A program made the translations under genes and the position numbers. Below the pieces are notes generated by a model. That model worked only from the letters and a program-made list of their open reading frames with translations. It made no database searches and was not told the origin of the DNA. A stretch of 63,084 bases of DNA, counting the filler, from Rhabdomonas costata (Eukaryota), in NCBI GenBank assembly GCA_019059605.1. It is 33 parts of 33 records of this genome, joined end to end, with 100 filler letters (N's around TTAATTAATTAA, not from the genome) between each part and the next. Parts side by side here need not be neighbours in the genome. Positions count along the whole stretch, not along the records: positions 36,400 to 38,214 come from JAHMHO010008668.1; positions 38,315 to 40,129 come from JAHMHO010008669.1; positions 40,230 to 42,044 come from JAHMHO010008670.1; positions 42,145 to 43,959 come from JAHMHO010008671.1; positions 44,060 to 45,862 come from JAHMHO010008672.1; positions 45,963 to 47,776 come from JAHMHO010008673.1; positions 47,877 to 49,690 come from JAHMHO010008674.1; 26 more parts are not named here. One strand, given 5' to 3'. Of this stretch, positions 38,211 through 49,790 are shown one piece after another. Within the stretch, counting starts at the first letter, position 1; every line of letters starts with the position of its first letter.

Positions 38211-40002
38211 CAAANNNNNNNNNNNNNNNNNNNNNNNNNNNNNNNNNNNNNNNNNNNNTTAATTAATTAANNNNNNNNNNNNNNNNNNNNNNNNNNNNNN
38301 NNNNNNNNNNNNNNGGGTTTGTTGGGGGGACATAAATGCACTTATGCCTGTTGATGTTTTCTGTGTCTGTTGTTTGTGTCGGTGTGCAGGTTTGTGTTTT
38401 TTCCCAGTGCGTTCTATTCTATTATTCTTGTATGCTGTTGGCGACTTAATAGTTAATCGTGCGAACCCCTTCCGATTCCCGCTTTGTTGAATTTTACGTT
38501 ACTGCTTGCTGATCCTATCGTTGGTTGCCAGCACGCTGTAACCTGTCCCTCGCCCACCAGCACAGTGGTCTCCACTTCACGGCGTCTGCTGCCTGTGCCT
38601 ATCATGCCATTCTTTGCGAGAATGGGCAGCGGAGAAGAGCCTTTAACTATTATTCCAACACCCCTCAAGGGTTTAGAAAGTCCCCCACCCCCCGAACCAG
38701 CCATTTGCTCCTTGCTGATGCTTCCGCTGGGCCTCGGGGTGAGGCTTCCCGTTTCAGTATGCAGCATGGTTCTGAACGCTTTCGAAATCTGATTGGGTTG
38801 GCTAGAAATGGTGTCACTTGTCCTGACGATGTGCTGGCACTCACATGCTCGTTATGGTGTGGAACCCATTGCTTCATCCATGCTACTCTCTACCGAAGAA
38901 AACATGGGAACGATAGGCGGGACTCCCCCGAACCTGCTTCTTCCAAGTGGGGCGACTGCTGCGGAAGGAACGAAACGGCGGTCGAGACCACCACCGTTGG
39001 TGCGTACTTGGTGAGTTTTTGGTGGGTGCCCTTGGCTGGCTTAAAAGTGCAATAAGTCCAGGGTCTTGAGGGCCCGAGGTCCTGGCGAGCACCTGCATGT
39101 AGCATGTATTTCTACACTGTACCAATTTTTGTGGGCCCGCTTGCGCTTAGGTTGCTCTGATCTTTGCCCCGCTCGAACGGCGTGGGAGGCCCTGCTACCG
39201 CGTTCTACGCGAGGCTACCACACACCAGCGCGAAGGTGTTGGCACGGAAGGGGAAAGTGGGCTCCAGTCCTCAGCCAGATCCTGAGGAGGTCAGTGGAAT
39301 GTTTCCGTTTGTTTTAGTCCTTCCAACATCCCTCTTCCCACACTAGGAGTTCCCACCCAGTACTGAGACCAGCATTTGCGGTTGTGTCCGGAGCCACGAC
39401 AACATTGCCTCCGATGCGAAATACTTTGACATAGATTTTCACCCCCTTCCTCCAAATAAAACTGACTGTGCGGGCTTTCATGGAGAGAAGATGAGTTTTA
39501 TTTTCCCCCAAATGGCAAACGCGGCGTTGGAGTTTTTTGAAGCGCACTGTTTTCCAGGGCTTGCACTTAGGCACCCACTGCCTGTAGACAACCGGCAAAT
39601 GTGGTGAACTGCAATTCAGTGCAGCGCCAACTGTATATCGCACGTCGGCGCAAAGAACAGAAACGCCTAATGAAATGTTAATAAACGCAGTTTTCCGCTG
39701 CTGGTGGTGCTGCAGAGGAGCTACATGGGTGCCCAGTGAATCCTTCGTGCATGGAGGCGACCAACCCACCTTCCCTCCCGAAAGCTGTGCCCGGAGAAGG
39801 ACGAGGGCTGTGAACTTAACCAGCCAACCCTTCCGACGTGGTGAAACGTGTTGCAATTGTGCAACTACTAAATATATACATACGAATGAGACCGTGGTCT
39901 TCACATTCGGGCCGCCCCACTACCGCTTCTCGCTATTTCTGGGTTAGTTCCGGCCGCTCGTTCATTTTCCTTCTTTCCGACACGGCCCCTTTTGTCGCTG
40001 CA

Positions 40003-40125
40003 GAGGAGTGGATGTATACTTTGGCCGCCAGTGACCAGCGCAACACCCTGCCCGAGGGCTCGCGAGAGCAGCTGCTGACGGCGGTGTTCCAGGAGTGGCG
40101 GCGGGGCGGCGGGGCGGGCGTGCCA
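40003..40125 (+). CDS. Hypothetical protein exon (truncated by contig end)
   Basis: GC-rich frame EWMYTLAASDQRNTLPEGSREQLLTAVFQEWRR after a polypyrimidine-CAG acceptor. Confidence 0.35.
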
Positions 40126-40826
40126 CACANNNNNNNNNNNNNNNNNNNNNNNNNNNNNNNNNNNNNNNNNNNNTTAATTAATTAANNNNNNNNNNNNNNN
40201 NNNNNNNNNNNNNNNNNNNNNNNNNNNNNGTGGGGTGGGGTGGCGCCGTCTAGAGGATGATGCAAAACCAGGGCGCGCAGTTAGCTGGTGTGGGTGAGTA
40301 GGCCTTGTAGCCATGCCATGCCGGTGGCCATGCCTCTACAGGCAAGAACGGCAGCGGAGGACCGCCCGTTGCACAGGTGACCTGGGAAGAGTAACCCCAT
40401 TTATCGTCGTGTATCGAAGGTTGTATCGTTTTTTGTGGTATACTGGGTATCAATGATATGTGTATGATTTGGGTTGGGGTTCGTCAAGTATGAGGTTCCG
40501 TCTGTGCGCGTTTCAGATACATCCTTGAGGACGGGACTGCTTATTTTTGGGCTTCAATAAGCGTGGTCCGCAACAACGAACAACGCAGTATAGAATTTTA
40601 CTCCTACTGAAATCGGTGTTTGATGTATTTAAGTCGAACAAACGTAAGAAAGATGTCCGCATATGTGGATCACCAGATAAAAGTGTGCCTGGATCCATTA
40701 GTTCTGAATATGCGTGGCGGCCTGCCTCGCAAGTCACCCTCCACAAAACTCGCTGTAGTTCTTCTGCCTGTCTCTTGCAGACCGTTTTTTCTTTCTTCTC
40801 GGGTGAGAGTGCAACATGTCGTGCAG

Positions 40827-41974
40827 CTCGGTGGCCCCGGAGTGGGTCAAACCCTCAACCACTGGGCCTCACCCACCCATCGTCGAGAGCTGCTCCGCCG
40901 TGCTCTTGGGAGACTTTCTGGTGGTCTTCGGGGGTACGCTTGCCGTAAAAAAGGAAATAATGCATGGGACTTCTTTTCATATGATGAGATGATAGTTTTG
41001 CTCATGCGCGCAGGTAGTGTACGCTGTGCTGCAGAAGTGAGGATAAGAAGGACGGTGGTAAAGCTCAGTGGCTGCCCTTGCTTCAGGGCCTTTGGTTCTG
41101 CCTCTGAACCAAAAAACGTCCCGCAAACTTAGACCCGCCCTCACCATCGCGTAGGGTACGACGAAAACGAGCCCGAGGAAGAGGAGGAACGGGTAGTGCT
41201 CTACCGCTACCACATACCCAGCGAGTCCTGGGCGAAGCTGGTCACAGAAGAAGGTGCACGGGTCCCATCCCCACGTCCTTCATTCTCTCTCGCAAATCTG
41301 ATTGAATACGCGAGTTAGGTCCTCACACAGCAGAAGGCTCTGGCGTGACCACGCGTCGTTGAAAGCCCTGCTGCCCTATGGCTATGGCTTATGCGGAGAT
41401 CAAAGTTGCATGCGGCAGGTCAGTGAAAATGGAAATCGACTTGACTTCTTCTGCTTTCGGTGGTGTGTGCTCGGTTGTTTTTGAGAGGTCTTGACCAACA
41501 TCATTGCGCCACTTTACCCCCTTCTTTCTGTTCCGAAATTCTTTCTCAAATCCCTCAATGACGTCGCCCACCTTTCTCTTTATACCCTTCTCCCTCGCCC
41601 TCTTCCCTCTCTCCCTCCACTTTTTCCGTGCTCCTTCCCGCTCGGTTGAATAGACCTGTGTTCATTGCTTTTCCCAGTACCAAAGTGGGATTGATTTGTC
41701 CAAAAAAAAAGTACATTGTTTTTAACATGTTCCGTACTTTTAGTTTTTCTCCGCGTCCTTGACCTACCTTCACAAACCCCCAGACCTCGAACCTCTTCAC
41801 CGAACTGGCATACACCCTTCTCTCACTCTCCCTTCCACGCGCTGCTCACAGGGGTGAAGGTGGAAGGGCACTCCGGCTTTGCTCTGTCCAGCACTGTCAT
41901 GGCCGTCTTCGGGGGGATGGACCAGGACTACACCTTTCACAACTCTGTGTGCTCCGTGGACATCAGCATGCCTG
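40827..41974 (+). CDS. Kelch-repeat protein fragment (exons 40827-40933, 41155-41253, 41852-41974)
   Basis: Spliced W..PSTTGPHPP..ESCSAVLLGDFLVVFG|GYD...LYRYHIPSESW...EGHS.......MAVFGG...HNSVCSVD gives two Kelch repeats. Phases consistent. Confidence 0.85.
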
Positions 41975-42897
41975 GTGTGTCTGTTTATGTTTGCAATGCT
42001 GTCCACTTTCCGGGAAATCCCCATTTCCACCCCACCCACCACCCNNNNNNNNNNNNNNNNNNNNNNNNNNNNNNNNNNNNNNNNNNNNTTAATTAATTAA
42101 NNNNNNNNNNNNNNNNNNNNNNNNNNNNNNNNNNNNNNNNNNNNGGTGCATCCGAGGACATATAGGACTCCTTTCATGTGTTTCTCTTCATTTATGGTGT
42201 GGAACCTTGCGTGGTATTCGTTATCAGTTGTTTCTGGAAATCTGTTGAGGTCGCTGGAGCTTTGGGCTTAACTTCAACAATTCTGAAGTCGTCCCCATCG
42301 GAGCTTCTGAGGCTACGCTGCGCTCGCTTCCTACGGCGCTTCACACTGCATCTTTGCTCTCGGGAGGGTCTTTTGGGCGATGGTAAGGCCACCGAAGTTT
42401 CGCCCTTTGACGACCATGGCAAGTCCGAGGAACTGCTTTTAAAAGTGCTCTGCGGTAGTGAAGGAATCTTTCTTCAACTCCAGGGACGTAAGCTTGAGTG
42501 CCCGGATGCCCTCCGTGGAGCTGTGACAGATTCTTTGCAAATCACTGCTGTGCAGGCTCAATTGCAGGTGTGTGTCTCTGTAATCAGTGAGGTATACTCT
42601 AAGGGAGTAGGGCTCGTAGAAAGCATGCCGTTATGTGTGTTTGAACGACATCAACGGTTCTGTCTACTTCGGCCATTCTGAATCTCGTCTTAGCTTTCCC
42701 TTGTGCTTTAATTGGGTGCTGTCCGCTGGCACGGAGTCGTTTATTTTCTTGCTGTCCTTTAGGGCCGGTCTCGCGCCTTTGTTGCGTGTGGTGAGGTTAG
42801 TTCTGCTGCCCAACGTGAGCGTCACTGCAAGACCCTTTCAAAATGATGCTCTGTCCCATTTTCTGGGAACTTCTTCCTGCTAACTCCTTTTCCACAG

Positions 42898-43633
42898 GTA
42901 TTTTGCCTACTTCTCCACCGGCATCAGCACCTCGGGCCGCCTATCCCTGCACCACTTCTAGCTTTGGTCCTCAAGATCTGGCCTGGCCTGACGCTCGGCC
43001 TGCGTGAAGCTCCAGCGCGGGACGACTCACCCGCGCTGATGCAGTGGCTGCACCCCCGCCGTGTGAGTGTGGTGCGATGCTTCTTGGAAGAGGATGAACC
43101 CGCACTCCTTACAGTGTGGATGCTGCTGCTGCACTTCCGTGCCCGAAGCTTTTCCAGGGAAACGGCCCGGCTCTTGGGGGTTGCAGCGGAAGCTGAAGCG
43201 CAGTGGCAAGGCCATCTTCCGCAGGGGAAACGGGGCGCCACAGCGGAAAAGGCGCTGGAAGTGGTGTGGTGGTGGATTTGTCCTCATGGATTGTTGCTTG
43301 CCCTTGGTTCCTGCGTGGTGTTGTGGTGGCTGTTGAGTGTGGGTTTTTGTGGGGTTTTTTTGCATTTGTGCGATCCTTCTGTGCGTGGGACCTGAGGTTG
43401 GAGTGTGGGCGGCGTTACTGTTCGTGGCTTAGGGTGTGTCCTGGAGTGATGTGTGGTGTTGGGTTGCTTTGCCGTTCTTGCTCTTGGTGTCATGTGTGCT
43501 TTTCCTGCGATATTGGTGTGTGTGTGTGTGTGTGTGTGATTTCTCAGTGTGCATTTTTGCGTGGGGTTATGGTGCGTGTGTGTTCAGATGTCCCTGGTGA
43601 TGTCCAAACTGGAAGGCCGGAAAGACCTTGCAA
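42898..43633 (+). CDS. Hypothetical protein exons (42898-43260, approx 43588-43633)
   Basis: Long GC-rich frame between a CAG acceptor and a GT donor. No family recognised. Confidence 0.45.
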
Positions 43634-44670
43634 GTCGGTGGAGCTTTCTACCCCATAGAAAAGACCCTGGGCCTGGTTCGGGTGTCCTCGAACACTACCC
43701 CACAAATGCGGTGACGTTTCAAGCCGAAATGAAAGACCGTTTTCCTCTGATTTTCCACCGATTTCAGTTTAGTTATCCGATTTGCTGCTCGGCAGGGGAC
43801 ACAACCAACCGTAGAAACTTATTGTACGGTGCTTAAGGGAACCCCCACGTCGGTAGCCGTGGGATGACACCGTTGGTCAAATTAGTGATGCTGTGGTGAG
43901 TTCTTGGTTCCTGGCGTCCCAAGGTCTCTTTTCCCGTACTGCATCCACCACCCAAAACCNNNNNNNNNNNNNNNNNNNNNNNNNNNNNNNNNNNNNNNNN
44001 NNNTTAATTAATTAANNNNNNNNNNNNNNNNNNNNNNNNNNNNNNNNNNNNNNNNNNNNGGGGGGTGGTAGGCTAGCTGACGATCACGGATGTCGGTAAT
44101 CTCTTGTCTTCTGCCTTCTGAAGGGTCCCTTCCCCCCAGCAGGAGCGTCGTTTCCTTGGGCACAGAGTACCGCAGTTCAGAACTCTACGTATGGGCTCAG
44201 TGGTGGAAGGAAGGAAGGAAGGAAGGCAGGAAGGACATGGACAATGCAGTGCTCCAGGAAGCTGTTTTGGGACTTCATTGGGGAGAAAGAACAGAGAAAG
44301 GAGACAATTGTGTGAGGAAGGGGGGGGGGGTGCAGACGTTGGACGCCCCCATACAAAAATACGAATACTATAGCCCAGAGACAAGCATTCCCACTCCCTC
44401 CTCCCTTTTAAGCGCCGATTGGGAGGGGATAAACGATAAACGATTGCTAAACCACTTAACAGTAAGTGAGCCACTAATGCCGTTCTCGAATGGTGAGTTA
44501 CCCCTGCCCCGCACACGCGTCACGAAACTCCACAATTAACCAAAGACTTACGCTGCGGTGCACCGAACCCAGCGAGAGATTTGGCGCAACCCTTCAAAGG
44601 CGCCGGAAAAGAGTGCCCAGCAAAGCCCTCCAGATCGTTTAACAACGCTCCCTCCTTTAGAGGAAGGTAC

Positions 44671-45430
44671 CGAGTTCCGGGCTCTCGCCCTCGACCACCG
44701 CGGTGAGCACCATGCTGTGCAGCTCGGCGGGGCCCAGCCCGAAGTGGGTGACGGCCACAGCAGAGAGCAGCGCAGGGGTCAGCCCAGGCTGCCCCCGGGC
44801 TGCCCAGTGCGGCGCCGAGAGCCCAGTGGTGAGATAAAGCCGGAAACTCGGATGCACGGGCACAGCGCGTTCACCCACGACGATATTGAGCTGCCCGTTC
44901 TCCGTAAAAACCTGCGGGACCCACAAGGAAACCATGTAGAAACCTGCTTCCTCACTCACGCAATGACATCCCCCTTTCAGCCAACAGCAACGGCAGCGCC
45001 CATTCAAGGCAACGGAAAGGCTGGACAAAGTGAATTGCACACCCACTGGCCCGGTGGCGTGGGCAAGGGAGGCATGTGAGATTGGGGCATCGTTTTTGCG
45101 TATACTACTATTTTTTTTTGCGCGTGGGCAAAGAATCAGAAACCGCCCGTGGACACGACTGCTTGGTTTAAGTGGAGGGTTGCCGTTTCACGGATAAGAT
45201 TATTTTCTGGTTTGAGGACTCTGCTGGAGAGAAAGTGACTGGGACTGGAATTTCAACTCCAGTGCACAGGCAAACAAGGAGAGTGCTGGCTAAAAGACAT
45301 TCAGGCGGTAACCAGAGAAGAAGCACCTGACGCCGAAGCAACGGCAGCAGCACAGAGTCCAGGTTGGCCTCCTCCACGCCCTCCAGTAGCAGGGAGAAGC
45401 CCTGTGCCATGACGTACGAAGTGCACAATT
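44671..45430 (-). CDS. Dynein heavy chain AAA5 (AAA_9) region, divergent (exons approx 45430-45327, 44911-44671)
   Basis: G..LLLEGVEE..LDSVL.PLL.RQ|V......I.VG...V.VHPSFRLYLTT....PH ... V..F.....L...L...V..E.PEL. Confidence 0.85.
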
Positions 45431-45808
45431 CTCTCCCATACTGCTACTACGGTCCCTTCTGATATGCTCAGACAGGATAGTCTTTTGCATAAACCATGAG
45501 GCTCCCGAAATGGCCGGCCCTTGCATCTCAGGCCATAAACACCCGTGGATGCTTAAGTGTGCTTGTGAGTGCAGAATTACCGACGCTTGTGGGTGCGGAA
45601 GTACGACAGCACCGACAGCACCCGCACCCAAACCAGGTACGCATCAACGCGGCGAAGGGTGATTCCTGAATTCACCACCAGTTCACATCACTGACTGCAT
45701 GCAAAAATGCACGTGAGAAGATTAAAATAAAAATTCATAACAATGCAATGGATGCTCGGGATTCCGCCCATGCTGTATAGGAAAAGGTGATCAAAGAGAG
45801 GGAGCCCC

Positions 45809-45862
45809 GTGGTGGGAAACGTCTGTGTGTGAGGTACCTTTTGCACAGACGTTTCCCACCAC
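45809..45862. repeat. Perfect 19-bp inverted repeat (45809-45827 / 45844-45862) at contig end
   Basis: gtggtgggaaacgtctgtg ... cacagacgtttcccaccac. Confidence 0.95.
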
Positions 45863-46178
45863 NNNNNNNNNNNNNNNNNNNNNNNNNNNNNNNNNNNNNN
45901 NNNNNNTTAATTAATTAANNNNNNNNNNNNNNNNNNNNNNNNNNNNNNNNNNNNNNNNNNNNGGTTTTTTTGAAAGAAGAAACGCTCATATCCATGAACA
46001 TTGCGTTCCAGACACTTGCATTTCCACATATTTATCCCAGTACCAGATTTACCACAAATAAGGCGCAGTTAATATCTCTCGTCGTGCCGTCACTTCATCA
46101 AAAGTTAAAGTAAAGCTATTTGTAATATGAACCATGCTTCATATCACGATTGTTTTCTTGGCAGAATGAGTATGAAAA

Positions 46179-46470
46179 TCAGGCCGGGCATGGCGCAGTA
46201 TCCAGCTCAAGTTCAAGTTCAACCTCAAGCTCCTCATCATCGAGCTCAAGCATAGCATCAGGCCAAAGCTCATCCCAGGCACTGCAAATTTTCTTTTCTA
46301 TTGATGCTTGGTGTCAATTCTTCATATTTGTTGCCAACGCACCCATAGAGTCTTCAACAACAACTGCTTCCTCATGAAAGACACGCTCCAGAGGACGCCA
46401 GCGACCAATTCGGCTGTGAATCAACACTGTGAGGAGGAGTCGCTTAGAAGACGTCCAGCTCCTCCCAACC
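46179..46470 (-). pseudogene. Decayed coding remnant with acidic tail, possibly a hAT transposase C-terminus
   Basis: EAVVVEDSMGALATNMKN*HQASIEKKIC...ELDDEELEVELELELD with an internal stop; loosely resembles the hAT dimerisation region. Confidence 0.25.
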
Positions 46471-47876
46471 CCAAAAAGCTCAACGGTGTGGGTTGCAGCG
46501 GCACAGGTGCGTACAGTTTCCCCTCAAACGACTCAAGACTCGGCTCAAAGCGTCCTCTGTCTGGTCTTGGGTTGCGGAAGTGTAGAGGCACCACGAGGCA
46601 ACCGTCTGGTCAATACCAACAGCGGTGGCGCGGTGGTGACTCAGAAGCGCACACAGGGTCACGCTCGGCCGCCCGATCTCCCGATCTCGATAAAACCAGA
46701 GGTGGGGTTAGCAGCAGTTCTGTGATCACTGGGTTCAGCACCTGAGTTGTGTCCTGCCGGACAATGAGGACAAGCTACCTAGCTACCTACACTGTCACGC
46801 ACAAATCGGCACAGTCTGGAGAATTGGGGTGGGCTGCCTTGGCGAAGGCCTCGCGGAGGCGGCTGTCGGCGAGGCTCTGCGGCCTCCCCAGGGCGGCGCC
46901 ATGGCTCTCCGCCAGCGCATCAATCATCTGTGCGGCCTCCGCCAATGGTCCCACCCGAGTGAGATAGGCCGTCACCCCAAGGAAGTCCCGCGGAGAAGGC
47001 CTACAATAGGGAGTGAGGGAGTTACACAGACGAGCGTGTGTGCGTGCGCGCGCGCGGTTGCATCCGTAGATAGTGTGCAAAGTGACGGCTGTGTGACTGA
47101 CGAGTTGCTGAGGACAGCTTGATCGGTACGCCACCAGCACCCTGAGGGGAAGAGGGGGTATGCACACTTCCCAAAGGCAGCGCAACTCGAATAATTTCGC
47201 GTCCCTTGCGTGTTTTTCTTGAGCGTAGAATCGCCCAAGTCAAAAAAGTCAGGCAAACCGAACGCACGCAAAGATTTGCCTGGATGATCAAAAACAAAGC
47301 ACATGCACAGACACAAACATACACGCCTGTCTACGGTGCAAAGCAGTCTCCAGACCTCCTGTGAGAAAATGCAGGAACAACTCAGATCTGTATCACAGAT
47401 TATCTTGCGCTGAGTTTTTGATCCGTTACGGGGAAATCAAATCATCCCTGAAAGTGGGGCGTTACATCAATCAGCAGACCGACAAACTCCGTCAGGCCGG
47501 CCAACCTGCCAAGGTGACTGAGCAGATAAGATAAAGATGGGCTTTTCTAATCCGAGACCTATCGTGCCAGGGTCGTCCCTGGGACGCACCCCGGGATGGA
47601 CCCAGAGCAACCTTCCCTTTGGAAATTCCGGTTCACAGCCGCATCACCAAACGCCATCTTCCACCTCCTTCCGGCTGCATGTCAGGCCCCCCCCCCGCTT
47701 CTTTCCACCTCTCGGCGACCAATCCCTCTCCACTGATCCGCAAACGTGTCCGAGCACCACCCACCTCCCACCAACCNNNNNNNNNNNNNNNNNNNNNNNN
47801 NNNNNNNNNNNNNNNNNNNNTTAATTAATTAANNNNNNNNNNNNNNNNNNNNNNNNNNNNNNNNNNNNNNNNNNNN

Positions 47877-48849
47877 CAGCCGGGCCGGAAGGGTGCCCGA
47901 GCGGCTCAACGGGGAGTCATCGGGGACCAGCACGCAGTGGGGAATGTAGCCGTCCAGCTCCTGGCCTGCAGGGTGTGTTGACCAAAGGCATTGGCATATT
48001 CATGCACCGCACCGCACTCTTTCATTTTGGCAAAAAGCGTTTCCAACGCAAGGGACACTCACAAGCTCCCAAGTACCCAAATTCTTGTCGTCGGAGAACA
48101 GATGGGAACTTTCGTGGTACAAAAACTGCGCACCGGCTCCACCAGGGTTACCTATTTGACGTGACAAGCGAACAATGTATGCACCATTAACGCCGTCACA
48201 GAACGTAAATTCCACCAAAAGTCTTTCGGCTCCATATTCTTAAGCAGGCAGATTCACATTTTCAGAAGAAGAATTCGTAAGAACCACAAAACTAATAAGA
48301 GCGAAATTTCAGCAAAGCCGTAGGTCCTGAGTGCGACTCCGGTGGAATATTGAAAGAAAGAGAGGGACAGAGCAGGAGCTCGCGCGCAAACCCTCGGCCA
48401 GCATGAGGATAGAGCGCTCCGCGCTGCCCAAGTCCCCGTTGCTAACGTACGCCACCAAGACCTCAGGGAAGAGGTCCCCTACCCACACCCAGCGGTCCCG
48501 CTTCGCCCCGTCCAGGAAGACCCCAGGATGTGCCCCAGTGCATAGCTCCAGGGTGTTGACCCCCGCATACCATACCTGAGTCAGCTCAGGGTCGCTGCAC
48601 CGGAAGTTCCCGGGGTAGGGCTGCCCCAAGGGCACGTGCAGGCTAAGCTCGCTAAGTGCGGCGATGTGGTGCACGGTGAGGGCCCCGAAGTCCGCGGAGA
48701 GCACGGCGTAGCGAAAGGTTGTGGGAGCGAAGCGCAAGGTCGTACGTGTGGGGCCCACGTCGCAGAGCTGAGGGTACCACATGCAGCCCGCGACAGTGGC
48801 GTAGAAGGAGTCCCCGTGGATACAGCAGTCCTCGTACGCCTCACACAGT
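47877..48849 (-). CDS. Alpha-L-rhamnosidase (GH78) fragment (exons approx 48849-48392, 47965-47877)
   Basis: FRYA, GNFRCSDPELTQVWYAGVNTLELC, LDGAKRDRWVWVGDL, Q..DGYIP are GH78 signatures. GT-AG phase-1 intron. Confidence 0.9.
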
Positions 48850-49790
48850 CTTTTGCATTTGTGGACAAATCAGCCGGGGACTGGATACAGGTAAATTTTT
48901 CTGGGGAAGACTAAGGCGCTATTTCTATGGTGGCCCCTGCACACCATAGGGCACACGTGTGGCATTGATGCAAAACCCGATCCAGGAGCGTTGCGTACGG
49001 TGTATCGGGTGTGATGGTGTCTTGTGCGTGTGTGTAGGGCTATGTGTATGCGGTGCTATGCTATCTGTATCTCTTCTAACAGTATCTATGCGTGGAGTTG
49101 TGTGTGTGTGTGATGGTATCATGTGTGTATGTGCAGTATGATCTATGCGTGGTGCAGTGGGCTTGTACAGGAATGCAGGTGTGTATTGGGACTTGTAGTC
49201 CGTGGTGGCATCAGCGTAGGTGCCTCTCACATTTGGTGGTGCTGATGGGAGGGGCTGCGTATGAATTTCCGCGTGGAATTTCTCGCGTGGGGTTGCTGCT
49301 GGATTAGCCCACCACCATCACCACCACCACCACCAACACCAGGCAGCAGTCATGGCCCACATGAACTACACAAGTCGCCAGGGAGTTGAGTGCTATGACC
49401 ACCACCAGGTAGGACATCAACATTTTCACATAACACCACCACCTAAGGCTGGGCTACTCGACACCACTACCACACGCCCCATGGATATGCCCCACTATGT
49501 ACCAGGGTTAGCATGGTTGTTACACAACAACCAAATACATAGCTGGGCATACCGCTGTGTCGTAGTAATCCTTTACCAGTGGTAGCAAAAAGACATAACC
49601 CCCAAAAAGCGTTCTTATTTTCACGGATGTTCAAATGACGCCAACGCCCTCTGAACGATTCTAAGTGTACTTGGACATCCACAACCCACANNNNNNNNNN
49701 NNNNNNNNNNNNNNNNNNNNNNNNNNNNNNNNNNTTAATTAATTAANNNNNNNNNNNNNNNNNNNNNNNNNNNNNNNNNNNNNNNNNNNN

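Noticed and set aside
41133-41240. Minus-strand membrane-protein exon (HYPFLLFLGLVFVVPY)
   Set aside because: It is the antisense shadow of the plus-strand Kelch exon 41155-41253, which splices in phase.
46179-46380. In-frame TGA as evidence of stop-codon reassignment
   Set aside because: TGA is the true stop of PDE6D (61440) and the cyclase (3155), and Trp is TGG in conserved exons. This segment looks decayed.
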